Of a DNA stretch of 64,000 nt, positions 56,371-64,000 are shown one piece after another. The notes beneath the pieces were generated by a model. The model did no database searches. It worked only from the letters and a program-made list of their open reading frames with translations, and was not told where the DNA came from. The DNA is from Candidatus Pacearchaeota archaeon (lineage in GTDB: Archaea > Nanobdellota > Nanobdellia > Pacearchaeales > GW2011-AR1). The position numbers and the translations under genes are program-made. Position 1 is the stretch's first letter; each line of letters opens with the position of its first letter. The stretch lies in the NCBI GenBank assembly GCA_041659945.1, contig JBAZXH010000002.1, positions 127,415-191,414 of the forward strand, read 5' to 3'.

Positions 56371-57339
56371 TTATTTTGGTGGATTTATCTTTAAGAAAAT
56401 ATCATCCTTAATAACTCTTCTTAATTGGATTTCTTTTCTTTTTTTTAACGCTATTGATAAATTTTTTATAAATAAATAATATCCTTGAAAGAAAGCGATG
56501 AACGGTCCTAATTTTAAACGAAACATTGACTGTTTGATAGACTTAAGAAAATTAAAAATCGATATCCCTATAATTGTGTATATCATGTTATATAAACTAT
56601 AGTTTTTTACAACAGTGTACATATGTGCATAAAACATTTTCTTGAGTTTTATAGAGTACTTTTTATTATCTTTTCTTTCTGGTAAACCTATATGAATCTG
56701 TAATGTTTTAGAATAAAGATAATTTTTATATCCTTGAGTCCAAGATTTTATTCCTAAATCAGTATCATCACCCCCAAATACTAAATCTTCATCATATCCC
56801 CAAATTTCTTCCCATACTTTTTTTTTAATAAAAACTGCTGCCCCATGGGGAAAACCTATGGTAATGTTATCTTTCTTTATTATTTCAGATAGCTCTAAAC
56901 TTTTATTTTCTTTAATAAAATAATATCCTAAAAACCCTCCATAGTATTTTGATTTAGCTTCTCCTTCATTATAAAATGAAAGGCTATATAAACCAAAATT
57001 ATTCAAATTTGTAGCTCCCAGTATTAAATCATATATAACTTGATTATTTTGTATTAATAGATCATTATCTAACAAAAGAATATACTCTCCCTTTGCTTGT
57101 TCTACTGCATAATTGCAAGCAAAATTCTTTTCTCCAACTCTTGGACTTTTTATTAGCTTAACTTTTTTTAAGTTGTTTATAAACTCAATACTTCCATCTG
57201 TTGATCCATTATCAATTATTATAACTTCATAATCTGGATAGTCTAAGTTTAATATCCGTGGAACAGTTCTTTTTAGGTAGTTTAAACCATTATAATTTAA
57301 CATTACAACAGTAACTTTTGGCAAGTTTTTATTTTTCAT
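56371..57339 (-). CDS. Family 2 glycosyltransferase
   Basis: VTVVMLNYNGLNYL...YEVIIIDNGSTDGS and LLLDNDLL (DxD). Confidence 0.8.
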   Translation of the reverse strand: MKNKNLPKVTVVMLNYNGLNYLKRTVPRILNLDYPDYEVIIIDNGSTDGSIEFINNLKKVKLIKSPRVGEKNFACNYAVEQAKGEYILLLDNDLLIQNNQVIYDLILGATNLNNFGLYSLSFYNEGEAKSKYYGGFLGYYFIKENKSLELSEIIKKDNITIGFPHGAAVFIKKKVWEEIWGYDEDLVFGGDDTDLGIKSWTQGYKNYLYSKTLQIHIGLPERKDNKKYSIKLKKMFYAHMYTVVKNYSLYNMIYTIIGISIFNFLKSIKQSMFRLKLGPFIAFFQGYYLFIKNLSIALKKRKEIQLRRVIKDDIFLKINPPK

Positions 57340-58409
57340 TTGTATACTTCTTCGTAAACCTTCATAGTCTCTTTAGCACATTTATCCCAAGAGAATCTTT
57401 TAACATTTTTATATCCCTCTTTAATTAAGCTATTTCTCAGCTTTTTATCTCTTATGATTCTTTCCATTGACCTTGCAATTTCATCAACATCATAAGGGTC
57501 TACTAATATAGCTCCATTTCCTGAAACCTCTGGCATAGAACTTATATTTGATGTAATAACCGGACATCCACAGGCTTGAGCCTCTAGAATAGGCAATCCG
57601 AAACCCTCATATAATGAGGGGTAAACATAAACTTTTGCTAGGTTGTATAATGAAACTAGATCTTCCTTAGGGACTAATCCCAAGACCTTTATCCGGCTAT
57701 TATTGCTTATCATCTCTGTTTCATGCTTACTTTTCCAAATAGTACCGCCTGTGATAATTAGGTCATAATCAATTTTACTCTGAATTTGTTGAAAAGCTTC
57801 TATAACTCTTTTTAAGTTTTTTCTTGGATTTATACTCCCAGAATAAAAAATAAAGTTATTACTAAGTGAATATTTTTCCTTTATTTTATCTAAAACCCCT
57901 TTATTCTTAATGGGCTTGTAAATTTCATCTTGAGCTAATAAAATTACATTTATCTTTTCCTCTGAAACTTTTAGTAATTTCATTAAGTCTTTCTTTGTAT
58001 TTTCTGAAGAAGTTATTATTCTATCAACTTTTCTAATATACTGTGGAAAAATAACCCTCCAATAAAAAAGATCTTTTGATTTAAATTGTTCGGGATAAAT
58101 CAGGGGGATTATATCATGAATGGTAACAATTTTTTTAAATTTCCCAAAAATGGGGGCTACACCCTTTAAACCATGAAATATATTGATATTATTTTTTTTT
58201 ATTAGCTTTGGTAATGTGACATTTTCGTAATATAATCTTAGAATACTATTATTCTTTATTTTTGATGGAATACAATTAAATCCATCAAATTTATCAACAC
58301 CAAATAAAATAAAATCGCCTTTATCTTTTATATTAGACAATAAATTGACTGCATAAACTTTTGATCCGCCCTCAACTCTAAGAGCTCGCGCATCTATCCC
58401 CACTTTCAT
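57336..58409 (-). CDS. Family 4 (GT-B, group 1) glycosyltransferase
   Basis: EGFGLPILEAQACGCPVITSN motif. 4-nt overlaps with both neighbours. Confidence 0.8.
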   Translation of the reverse strand: MKVGIDARALRVEGGSKVYAVNLLSNIKDKGDFILFGVDKFDGFNCIPSKIKNNSILRLYYENVTLPKLIKKNNINIFHGLKGVAPIFGKFKKIVTIHDIIPLIYPEQFKSKDLFYWRVIFPQYIRKVDRIITSSENTKKDLMKLLKVSEEKINVILLAQDEIYKPIKNKGVLDKIKEKYSLSNNFIFYSGSINPRKNLKRVIEAFQQIQSKIDYDLIITGGTIWKSKHETEMISNNSRIKVLGLVPKEDLVSLYNLAKVYVYPSLYEGFGLPILEAQACGCPVITSNISSMPEVSGNGAILVDPYDVDEIARSMERIIRDKKLRNSLIKEGYKNVKRFSWDKCAKETMKVYEEVYK

Positions 58410-59542
58410 CTCACTAGCTCCAGATAATCATTTATGATCTTATTTATATTGAACTGATTTATAGACTCTTTGTTATTGGCTGAAAGCCTTCTTTTTAGGC
58501 TTTTATCTTTCATTAGGAGGTTTATTTTATCACCTAATCCTGCAACGTCTCCGAAGTTTACGAGGAAACCATTTTCTCCTTCCTTGACAATGTCTGTCTG
58601 GCCTCCGTTGTTTGTTGACAGGATTGGAAGGCCAACTTGCATGGCCTCCTGGAGAACAACTCCGAGACCTTCATGAACTGATGAGAGAATGTAGATATCT
58701 GAATTTGAAAGATACTGGAACTTTTTTTCCTCTGGGAGAAAGCCCAGCAGATGAACATTATCTTGGATATTGAGCTGCTTGGCAAGACTGATGAGATTTT
58801 CTTTTTCTGGACCATCGCCAACAATCAAAGCATGAATATTCTTATCATCTAGGCTGGCAAGGGCTCTTATTAGAAAATCAAAACCCTTTCTTTTAACAAG
58901 ACGGCCAACGCTAACTAAATAAGTTAGGTTATTATCTAAACCTAGTTCTTTTCTTGAAGCGGGTTTAAATTTGATTGGTTCATAGGGTAGGGATATAACT
59001 TTGACATCTCTATTAATATTATAATGCTCTTGCAATTTATTCTTTAGATCGGTAGACTCTACAACAAGTTTATTTGAGTTTTTTATTACATTCTTAACTG
59101 CAGTTTTGAAGATGGGATTTTTATGTGGTGATATCTTTTTTGTGGGGTCATAAATATCCCCTCCATACATTGTCAGGATGTTATTTATTTTAAATTTTTT
59201 AGAAATTCTAGTTCCCAATGGCCCGGTTGGAACAGCAAAAAAAGTCATCATAAAAGAATAATCATTATTTTTACACAGTTCTTTTGTTTTTTTATAGGCA
59301 AAAAATGGAAATGATAGCAAGGAGGGCATTGATGCGGTAGCAAGATCCTTTCTTTTGATTACTTTAATTCTATGGACATTAATCCCATTAACATCTTCAT
59401 ATTCTTTTAATCCTTTAAACCATGTTGTGACATAATCTACCTGATAGCCTTTTTTAACAAATCCCTCCGCAAGTTTCTTTGAGGCTACACCACCTCCGCC
59501 GCCAAGCGGCGGAAATTCATAGTTTAGCATTAGTATTTTCAT
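58406..59542 (-). CDS. Family 4 (GT-B, group 1) glycosyltransferase
   Basis: EGLGVVLQEAMQVGLPILSTNNGGQTDIV motif. Confidence 0.8.
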   Translation of the reverse strand: MKILMLNYEFPPLGGGGGVASKKLAEGFVKKGYQVDYVTTWFKGLKEYEDVNGINVHRIKVIKRKDLATASMPSLLSFPFFAYKKTKELCKNNDYSFMMTFFAVPTGPLGTRISKKFKINNILTMYGGDIYDPTKKISPHKNPIFKTAVKNVIKNSNKLVVESTDLKNKLQEHYNINRDVKVISLPYEPIKFKPASRKELGLDNNLTYLVSVGRLVKRKGFDFLIRALASLDDKNIHALIVGDGPEKENLISLAKQLNIQDNVHLLGFLPEEKKFQYLSNSDIYILSSVHEGLGVVLQEAMQVGLPILSTNNGGQTDIVKEGENGFLVNFGDVAGLGDKINLLMKDKSLKRRLSANNKESINQFNINKIINDYLELVR

Positions 59543-59579
59543 TGTCTCTTTTTATTATTTTAAGTATATTTGATTATAA

Positions 59580-60527
59580 TCAGGTTACAATTACGTCCCT
59601 TATATAATACCTCTTTTCAACGTCTGAAATATTTAACTGCATTCTGATGAGAAGATCCATGATAAGGCCGAACGAGAAAAACAAAACTGCTGCGGTTATT
59701 CCGGCTATGGCCAGGAAGAACCAGCCGTTTCTATTTAGGCTAAGTCCTTGGAAAATTCTTTGATATAATGACCACAAACCTGAGATTATTCCGGCTATGA
59801 ATAGGAAAAATGAAAGATAGCCAAAAATATGCAACGGTCTTGAGGAATATTTTTGAATAAACCAAATGTATAACAGATCAATAAAACCTCTTGTGGCTTT
59901 TCCATAGCCATACTTTGTTTTTCCGGCTGTTCTTTCTCTGTGATTTACTTCAAGTTCACCAATTGTAAAACCTTTCCATTTTAGTAGAGCAAGAATATAG
60001 CGATGCATATCTCCCCAAAGATCTAAACTTTTTGCAGCTTCTTTTTTGTAAACTCTTAGAGTGCATCCGGTATCGTGCACCGGATCTTGAATCAAGCTTT
60101 TTCTTAGAAAATGACCAAATCTTGAAAGAAGTTTTATTCCGCCCTTATCTTTTCTGTTTTTTCTCCAGCCTGCAACAACATCAAGATTTTTTTCTTTTAG
60201 TTCGTTTAACAACCTGGGAATATCTTTTGGATCGTTTTGAAGATCTCCATCAAGAGTGATTATTATATCTCCCTTAGCTTCTTTAAAACCGGCATCGGTT
60301 GCAATGGCCTGACCATAGTTTCTATTAAAATTAATTATTTTTACTTTTTTTAGTTTTTTCAATTCAGCTAGAGTATTATCTCTGGAGCCATCATTAACAT
60401 AAATTATTTCATAGCTGCCAAGCTTTGACATTACTTCTTTTATTTCCATATCCAGTTGTGGAATATTGCCAGCTTCATCCTTCATTGGCACAACAACTGA
60501 ATAAACTAGTCCTCTTTGAGTCACCAT
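59580..60527 (-). CDS. Family 2 glycosyltransferase, polyprenyl/dolichyl-phosphate sugar synthase type (GtrB/DPM1-like with C-terminal TMs)
   Basis: VVVPMKDEAGNI, YVNDGSRDNT, LDGDLQNDP and two C-terminal TM helices. ATG 60527 lies about 25 nt downstream of CTTTAAAA; the ORF-track GTG is at 60542. Confidence 0.75.
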   Translation of the reverse strand: MVTQRGLVYSVVVPMKDEAGNIPQLDMEIKEVMSKLGSYEIIYVNDGSRDNTLAELKKLKKVKIINFNRNYGQAIATDAGFKEAKGDIIITLDGDLQNDPKDIPRLLNELKEKNLDVVAGWRKNRKDKGGIKLLSRFGHFLRKSLIQDPVHDTGCTLRVYKKEAAKSLDLWGDMHRYILALLKWKGFTIGELEVNHRERTAGKTKYGYGKATRGFIDLLYIWFIQKYSSRPLHIFGYLSFFLFIAGIISGLWSLYQRIFQGLSLNRNGWFFLAIAGITAAVLFFSFGLIMDLLIRMQLNISDVEKRYYIRDVIVT

Positions 60528-60619
60528 AAAAGTAGCCACCAAGAAGGAGGTTTTAAAGATTATTGTATGAGAATTAAGGAATATAAATTACCACTGGTGA
60601 TTGATAAATAATAATTGGA

Positions 60620-61309
60620 TTAATCAAACTCAAGCCCGGCTAATAATAACTTCTTTTCTGGTAAATCTAATCCTATTTTTTTAAGTGCTGGATGCCCTGT
60701 TGCTACCACATCACATGCTCTTACTAGAAGAATTGAACCGGGTTGATAATCTGTATTTCCTACTGGAGCTCGAATTCTTAATGCGCTAGGTATACTTAAC
60801 TCAACAGCCCTAACTAAAGGCCATAAAGTTGTTAAGAATTGTTTAGTACCTTCTAAATATTCGTCAATTGAAAGATAAGCTTTGAAATTCATTGGAGCGG
60901 GTTCGTAGTGATGATGATCACCTAAAATATGACTAGCTTGAAATACTAGATGTGATTCTGTCCCATTGGCACCAATTATTTTAACTAAACCCCTATATCT
61001 TTCAACATTTCCTTCGTGTTTTTCGTGTATGGGTGGAGCTGAAGCTTCAATTCCAAATACTTTTAATGGAAATGATTCTCTAGCAATTCTTTCTACCTCT
61101 CTAGAAGCTTGAAAAAATGCTTGAGGTAATTCTTGTTGAGAATAGTCGGCAGTCGGATTAAGATAACCCTCTAAAAAAAGATGATCTAGAGATAATTTTG
61201 GACTTTCTGTTGGGAGCCCTCTTGCTAGTTCTGATAACTCACGAAAATTGCCTATTGTTTCCATTTTAAATTTTCTCAGAATGAGTTTCTGAGGTACTTT
61301 TACCTTCAC
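60620..61309 (-). CDS. Hypothetical protein (orphan, about 214-229 aa)
   Basis: Clean ORF. The start is either GTG 61309 or ATG 61264. No motif recognised. Confidence 0.5.
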   Translation of the reverse strand: MKVKVPQKLILRKFKMETIGNFRELSELARGLPTESPKLSLDHLFLEGYLNPTADYSQQELPQAFFQASREVERIARESFPLKVFGIEASAPPIHEKHEGNVERYRGLVKIIGANGTESHLVFQASHILGDHHHYEPAPMNFKAYLSIDEYLEGTKQFLTTLWPLVRAVELSIPSALRIRAPVGNTDYQPGSILLVRACDVVATGHPALKKIGLDLPEKKLLLAGLEFD

Positions 61310-61370
61310 CTCAAAAAAACGATAAGACCCAACTTTTTAATCTTTTCTATGTTAATTTTTATTACTGCTT

Positions 61371-61556
61371 TTACTTCTTGCATTTACCTATTTTAGCTCT
61401 TTCATAGAAGCCAGATATTGCAAAATTAAGAACTCCTATGATAAGGGACGAAGTCCAATCAAGTTCTTTGGAAACTAGATAGATTATACCAAAGGCTGCC
61501 AAGAATGTTACAATTCCGTACATGGCTTGAACTTTTAGATTAAAACAGTATTTCAT
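61371..61556 (-). CDS. Small 2-TM membrane protein (hypothetical)
   Basis: 61 aa with two hydrophobic helices. Confidence 0.4.
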   Translation of the reverse strand: MKYCFNLKVQAMYGIVTFLAAFGIIYLVSKELDWTSSLIIGVLNFAISGFYERAKIGKCKK

Positions 61557-61596
61557 TTTTTTAACTAAGCATAATATTAACTAAAGGTTTATGTTT

Positions 61597-61643
61597 TGTC
61601 AAGAACCAGAGGACCAAAGTCAAGGGTGTGTAGGGGTTCTTAA
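61597..61643. repeat. Dispersed hairpin element, copy B
   Basis: TGTCAAGAACCAGAGGACCAAAGTCAAGGGTGTGTAGGGGTTCTTAA is 41/47 identical to 36526-36572. Confidence 0.6.
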
Positions 61644-61661
61644 TACATTCATTGAAATCCA

Positions 61662-62168
61662 TTATAGTTTTAACCTACTTTGAAGCACATAACCATTTAT
61701 TATATTGGTTGCTAATTCTTTTTTTATATCTTCTATTGAATCAAAAAAGAATAATTGGATCTTTCTTTTTAGATTATCTTCAAAACTTTTAAGATGAAGC
61801 TCTTTTTTATGGCTGATAATACATAAATCTATATCTGAATCATTTTTTGTTTCTGCTTTGGAAAGAGAACCAAATAAAATTACTGTGGGATTTGTAAGAT
61901 TTTTATCTAAAAATTTAACTAATTGGTCTAGTCTAATTTTCCAATAAATCCTTGATAAGTCTATAAATACTCTGTCTGTTTTATTAGCATAATAAAATAT
62001 ATAATTTCTATCTTTTTCTGTTAATAATAACCCTTCTTTATTAAACTCAGAAAGAATCTTTGAAGCTGTTGGAGGGGAGATCTTCATTAACCTAGAATAC
62101 TCTCTAACATTAATTCTTCTATAGCAATCCTCAAAAAATGGTTTTAGATTGTTAATAATATTTAACAT
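61662..62168 (-). CDS. wHTH + minimal nucleotidyltransferase (Pol-beta superfamily, MNT-like) protein
   Basis: N-terminal HTH-like YSRLMKISPPTASKILSEFNKEGLL, and the NTase motif LFGSLSKAETKNDSDIDLCII. Confidence 0.65.
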   Translation of the reverse strand: MLNIINNLKPFFEDCYRRINVREYSRLMKISPPTASKILSEFNKEGLLLTEKDRNYIFYYANKTDRVFIDLSRIYWKIRLDQLVKFLDKNLTNPTVILFGSLSKAETKNDSDIDLCIISHKKELHLKSFEDNLKRKIQLFFFDSIEDIKKELATNIINGYVLQSRLKL

Positions 62169-62217
62169 GTGTTAATAATAATTAACACTAGTTTATAAAT
62201 CTTTTCATTAAAATAAA

Positions 62218-62352
62218 TGGGGATCCCGTGAATCGAACACGGTACACCTTGATCGCTGAGTATCTCACGTCCGGTTAAGGAAGGTGATGCTTGAGGAAAC
62301 CTTGGTTTCCTAAGCTCTTCAGTCAAGTGCTCTCCCAATGAGCTAGATCCCC
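62218..62352 (-). tRNA. tRNA-Phe (GAA) with a 63-nt intron at the canonical 37/38 position
   Basis: Reverse complement: acceptor GGGGATC/GATCCCC, D arm GCTC-ATTGGGA-GAGC, anticodon stem CTTGA/TCAAG, loop CTGAAG|intron|A, T arm CCGTG-TTCGATT-CACGG, discriminator A. 72 nt after splicing. Confidence 0.85.
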
Positions 62353-62404
62353 GTAAAAGAGCTAGGAATGTCAGTTTTTTAAACCTTATTAGCTTGGATA
62401 TTTG

Positions 62405-63196
62405 ATGGAAAAGGACAGTGAACAAAAGAGGTCCATTTCAAAAGCAAAATTATATCTGTTAATCTTACTACTGATAGGCTTGATAGGGGGTTATGTTTAT
62501 CTGCATTCTATTGGAATTAATGCCTCTATTCTTGAAAGATTTGGCAAAAATCAATACGCTCCAATAGTCTATATTGCTCTATTTGTTACAACTTCATTTA
62601 TACCAGTAATCTATGCTCCACTAACGTTTCTTGGAGCTGCAACTTTTCCATTTCATCTAGCTTTTATTTATGCTTTTATTGGAAATATATTACTTTCAAC
62701 AGTAATGTTTTACTTAACAAGATGGTTGGGAAGGGATTATTTTAGTAGATGGGAAAAGAAAAATAAAAAAGTGGAAGAACTTGATATAAAATTTAAAGAA
62801 AATGCTTTTAGAGATGTATTCTTACTAAGATTGTTCTTTATAATACCTGGAGAGGTGATAAATATTGTTGCAGGCATTTCTAAAGTTAGATATAGAGATT
62901 TTATATTTGCATCAGCAATTGGTTTTTCTCCGGTGTTGTTAGCATCAATATTTCTAGTTAAAAGTAAAATTGAAGCAAATCTAATGTTTTTTATTTTGTC
63001 TGTAACTGTTGCTGCAATTATCTTAATAATACCTCTTATTTATCTTTCATCTTTGAGACTTTTTATAGTTGAGAAATATAATCAAATTAAAGGGATGTTT
63101 AGTAAAAATGCTAATGTTAGCCCGGTTTTTTTATACATAGATAAATTTGTCTATACTGTTACTGGAAAACCAGCTTCTGAAAAGACTAAAGAATAA
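62405..63196 (+). CDS. TVP38/TMEM64 (DedA-related) family membrane protein
   Basis: LTRWLGRDYF...FLLRLFFIIPGEVINIVAGISKV pattern of the family. ATG 62405 follows TTG 62402. Confidence 0.7.
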   Translation: MEKDSEQKRSISKAKLYLLILLLIGLIGGYVYLHSIGINASILERFGKNQYAPIVYIALFVTTSFIPVIYAPLTFLGAATFPFHLAFIYAFIGNILLSTVMFYLTRWLGRDYFSRWEKKNKKVEELDIKFKENAFRDVFLLRLFFIIPGEVINIVAGISKVRYRDFIFASAIGFSPVLLASIFLVKSKIEANLMFFILSVTVAAIILIIPLIYLSSLRLFIVEKYNQIKGMFSKNANVSPVFLYIDKFVYTVTGKPASEKTKE

Positions 63197-63198
63197 AA

Positions 63199-63492
63199 GG
63201 CGAGTCAGAAATAGGCCACATTCTGTTGTTTGTCCTTTCATAAAGATAGGAATCAAACATGCTAACATCCTACTATGCGGCTTAAAGCCTTGCACAAGCC
63301 AAGATGCTCGTTCCAGCTGTTTCTCCCTAATTGCTTAGGAGAGTGTCCCGTTTCTATACCAGAGCTCGTCCTCACGAACGTCCATTTGCATGGATGGCTA
63401 CATATAGTGTGTGGACCTTCCTCAGAATAATTTCGATTTATGACGAAATTTGTTGATTTAACAACAACCCCGAAGTTAGCTATCCAACTCGC
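63199..63492 (-). ncRNA. rnpB: RNase P RNA
   Basis: On the minus strand, P1 is GCGAGU...ACUCGC. CR-I is CUGAGGAAGGUCCACAC. CR-V is ACAGAAUGUGGCCUAU. The two strands form P4 (AGG-U-CCAC / GUGG-CCU) with the conserved bulged U. About 294 nt, with locally elevated GC. Confidence 0.75.
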
Positions 63493-63565
63493 TTTAAAAT
63501 AGATAAAGTTTGGATTTATAAACCTTCACAAAGGCTTTTAAAGCCTGAAAATAGAGGAAAAGAAC

Positions 63566-63886
63566 ATGATAGAAGGTTATTCACCAACAAGAACAGAAGC
63601 TAAAGAACATCTGGAAAGAATTAGACGGCAATATGAAGAGAGTGTAATTCCCCAGATTGATAGTGGTAATTTTGGTTCTGCTGAGTCTACCTTAAAAAAT
63701 TACCTAACCCTTCTTGAAACTCATGGTGTTAGAATGATTCATGAAGAAAAGGGAGTCTTTTTAGTTAGTGCTATAAATAATCTACATGTGATATTGGATG
63801 AATTAAGAAGGCCAACAAATGGAAGACTGAGAGGAAGCTCAGAAATGTTAAGAGAAGATTTGGCTGAATTATGCAAGGTTGCTTAA
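63566..63886 (+). CDS. Hypothetical helical protein (orphan, 106 aa)
   Basis: Palindromic TATA AGGCTTTTAAAGCCT (63532-63546) lies about 27 nt upstream of the ATG. Confidence 0.5.
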   Translation: MIEGYSPTRTEAKEHLERIRRQYEESVIPQIDSGNFGSAESTLKNYLTLLETHGVRMIHEEKGVFLVSAINNLHVILDELRRPTNGRLRGSSEMLREDLAELCKVA

Positions 63887-63960
63887 AATTATACTTTTTA
63901 CTACCCTAAAATTGCTTGTTCCTACTTTAAAATTGTGTGTTGTAATTGCTTAATTGTGCG

Positions 63961-63970
63961 CTATATAAAC
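63961..63970 (+). promoter_or_regulatory. TATA box for a gene starting at ATG 63991 and running off the window
   Basis: CTATATAAAC is centred about 25 nt upstream of ATG 63991. Confidence 0.3.
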
Positions 63971-64000
63971 AAACTTGTTGAAAGAAAGATATGATTGTTT

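Noticed and set aside
2162-60259. About 35 short ORFs (60-140 aa) lying antisense to, or out of frame within, the large genes. Examples are 2162-2458, 3722-4030, 4198-4626, 7539-7799, 11512-12596, 15202-15411, 21033-21269, 21722-22003, 22502-22714, 24148-24676, 26556-26765, 28137-28397, 31017-31292, 34719-34937, 37068-37265, 38197-39627, 40052-40240, 41442-41669, 42272-42484, 44743-45835, 47642-47848, 50670-50858, 51504-51737, 58470-58824 and 60032-60259.
   Set aside because: Each is fully embedded in a longer ORF that has clear family motifs or coherent membrane or secreted architecture. Their low-complexity, Phe/Ile/Leu-rich translations are typical of shadow frames in AT-rich DNA.
62162-62425. 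87-aa ORF on the minus strand
   Set aside because: It is almost entirely occupied by the intron-containing tRNA-Phe gene (62218-62352).
63147-63338. 63-aa ORF on the plus strand
   Set aside because: It overlaps the RNase P RNA on the opposite strand and has no promoter or SD.
1-64000. Search for CRISPR arrays, rRNA genes, transposases, integrases, and recoded or frameshifted genes
   Set aside because: I saw no regularly spaced direct repeats of 24-40 nt, no rRNA-like conserved blocks, no DDE, tyrosine- or serine-recombinase motifs, and no long ORF pairs suggesting frameshifts or stop-codon reassignment. This was a scan by eye, so short or degenerate elements could have been missed.

Overview
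AT-rich (about 30-35% GC by eye), gene-dense archaeal chromosomal window. The archaeal call rests on RtcB, archease, a class I CCA-adding enzyme, Cdc48, proteasome beta, a KH-domain aCPSF1, TrmB, a presenilin-like protease, an intron-containing tRNA, an RNase P RNA, and TATA boxes about 25 nt upstream of many ATGs. The small-genome, surface-protein-rich look suggests a DPANN-type archaeon, but that is inference only. Layout: (1) 0.2-5.5 kb holds a type IV pilus-like operon: ATPase, two separate T2SSF platform genes and two prepilin-like genes. (2) 6.4-21.6 kb is an island of six large Cys-rich secreted or anchored proteins, with rtcB embedded. (3) 21.6-47 kb mixes housekeeping genes with more than 15 orphan small proteins, a RelE/ParE pair, and a Fic gene in a small tRNA-Gly-associated islet. 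(4) 47-60.5 kb is a surface glycosylation cluster: two GT-C membrane proteins, a flippase, GT2/GT4 genes, and a 4.4-kb cassette bracketed by about 94-nt inverted repeats. (5) 60.6-64 kb holds a wHTH-nucleotidyltransferase, tRNA-Phe with a 63-nt intron, a TVP38-like protein and RNase P RNA. I saw no CRISPR array, rRNA, transposase, integrase or reverse transcriptase. The best novelty candidates are: a shared Cys-rich C-terminal module ending in [LV]PFF + TM + basic tail in three surface proteins; a TrmB-linked trio of paralogous small proteins; the inverted-repeat-bracketed cassette and a dispersed hairpin element family; and regularly spaced GTATAC palindromes upstream of the Zn-ribbon/AbrB-cdc48 pair. 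All family calls come from motif recognition by eye; no searches were run.
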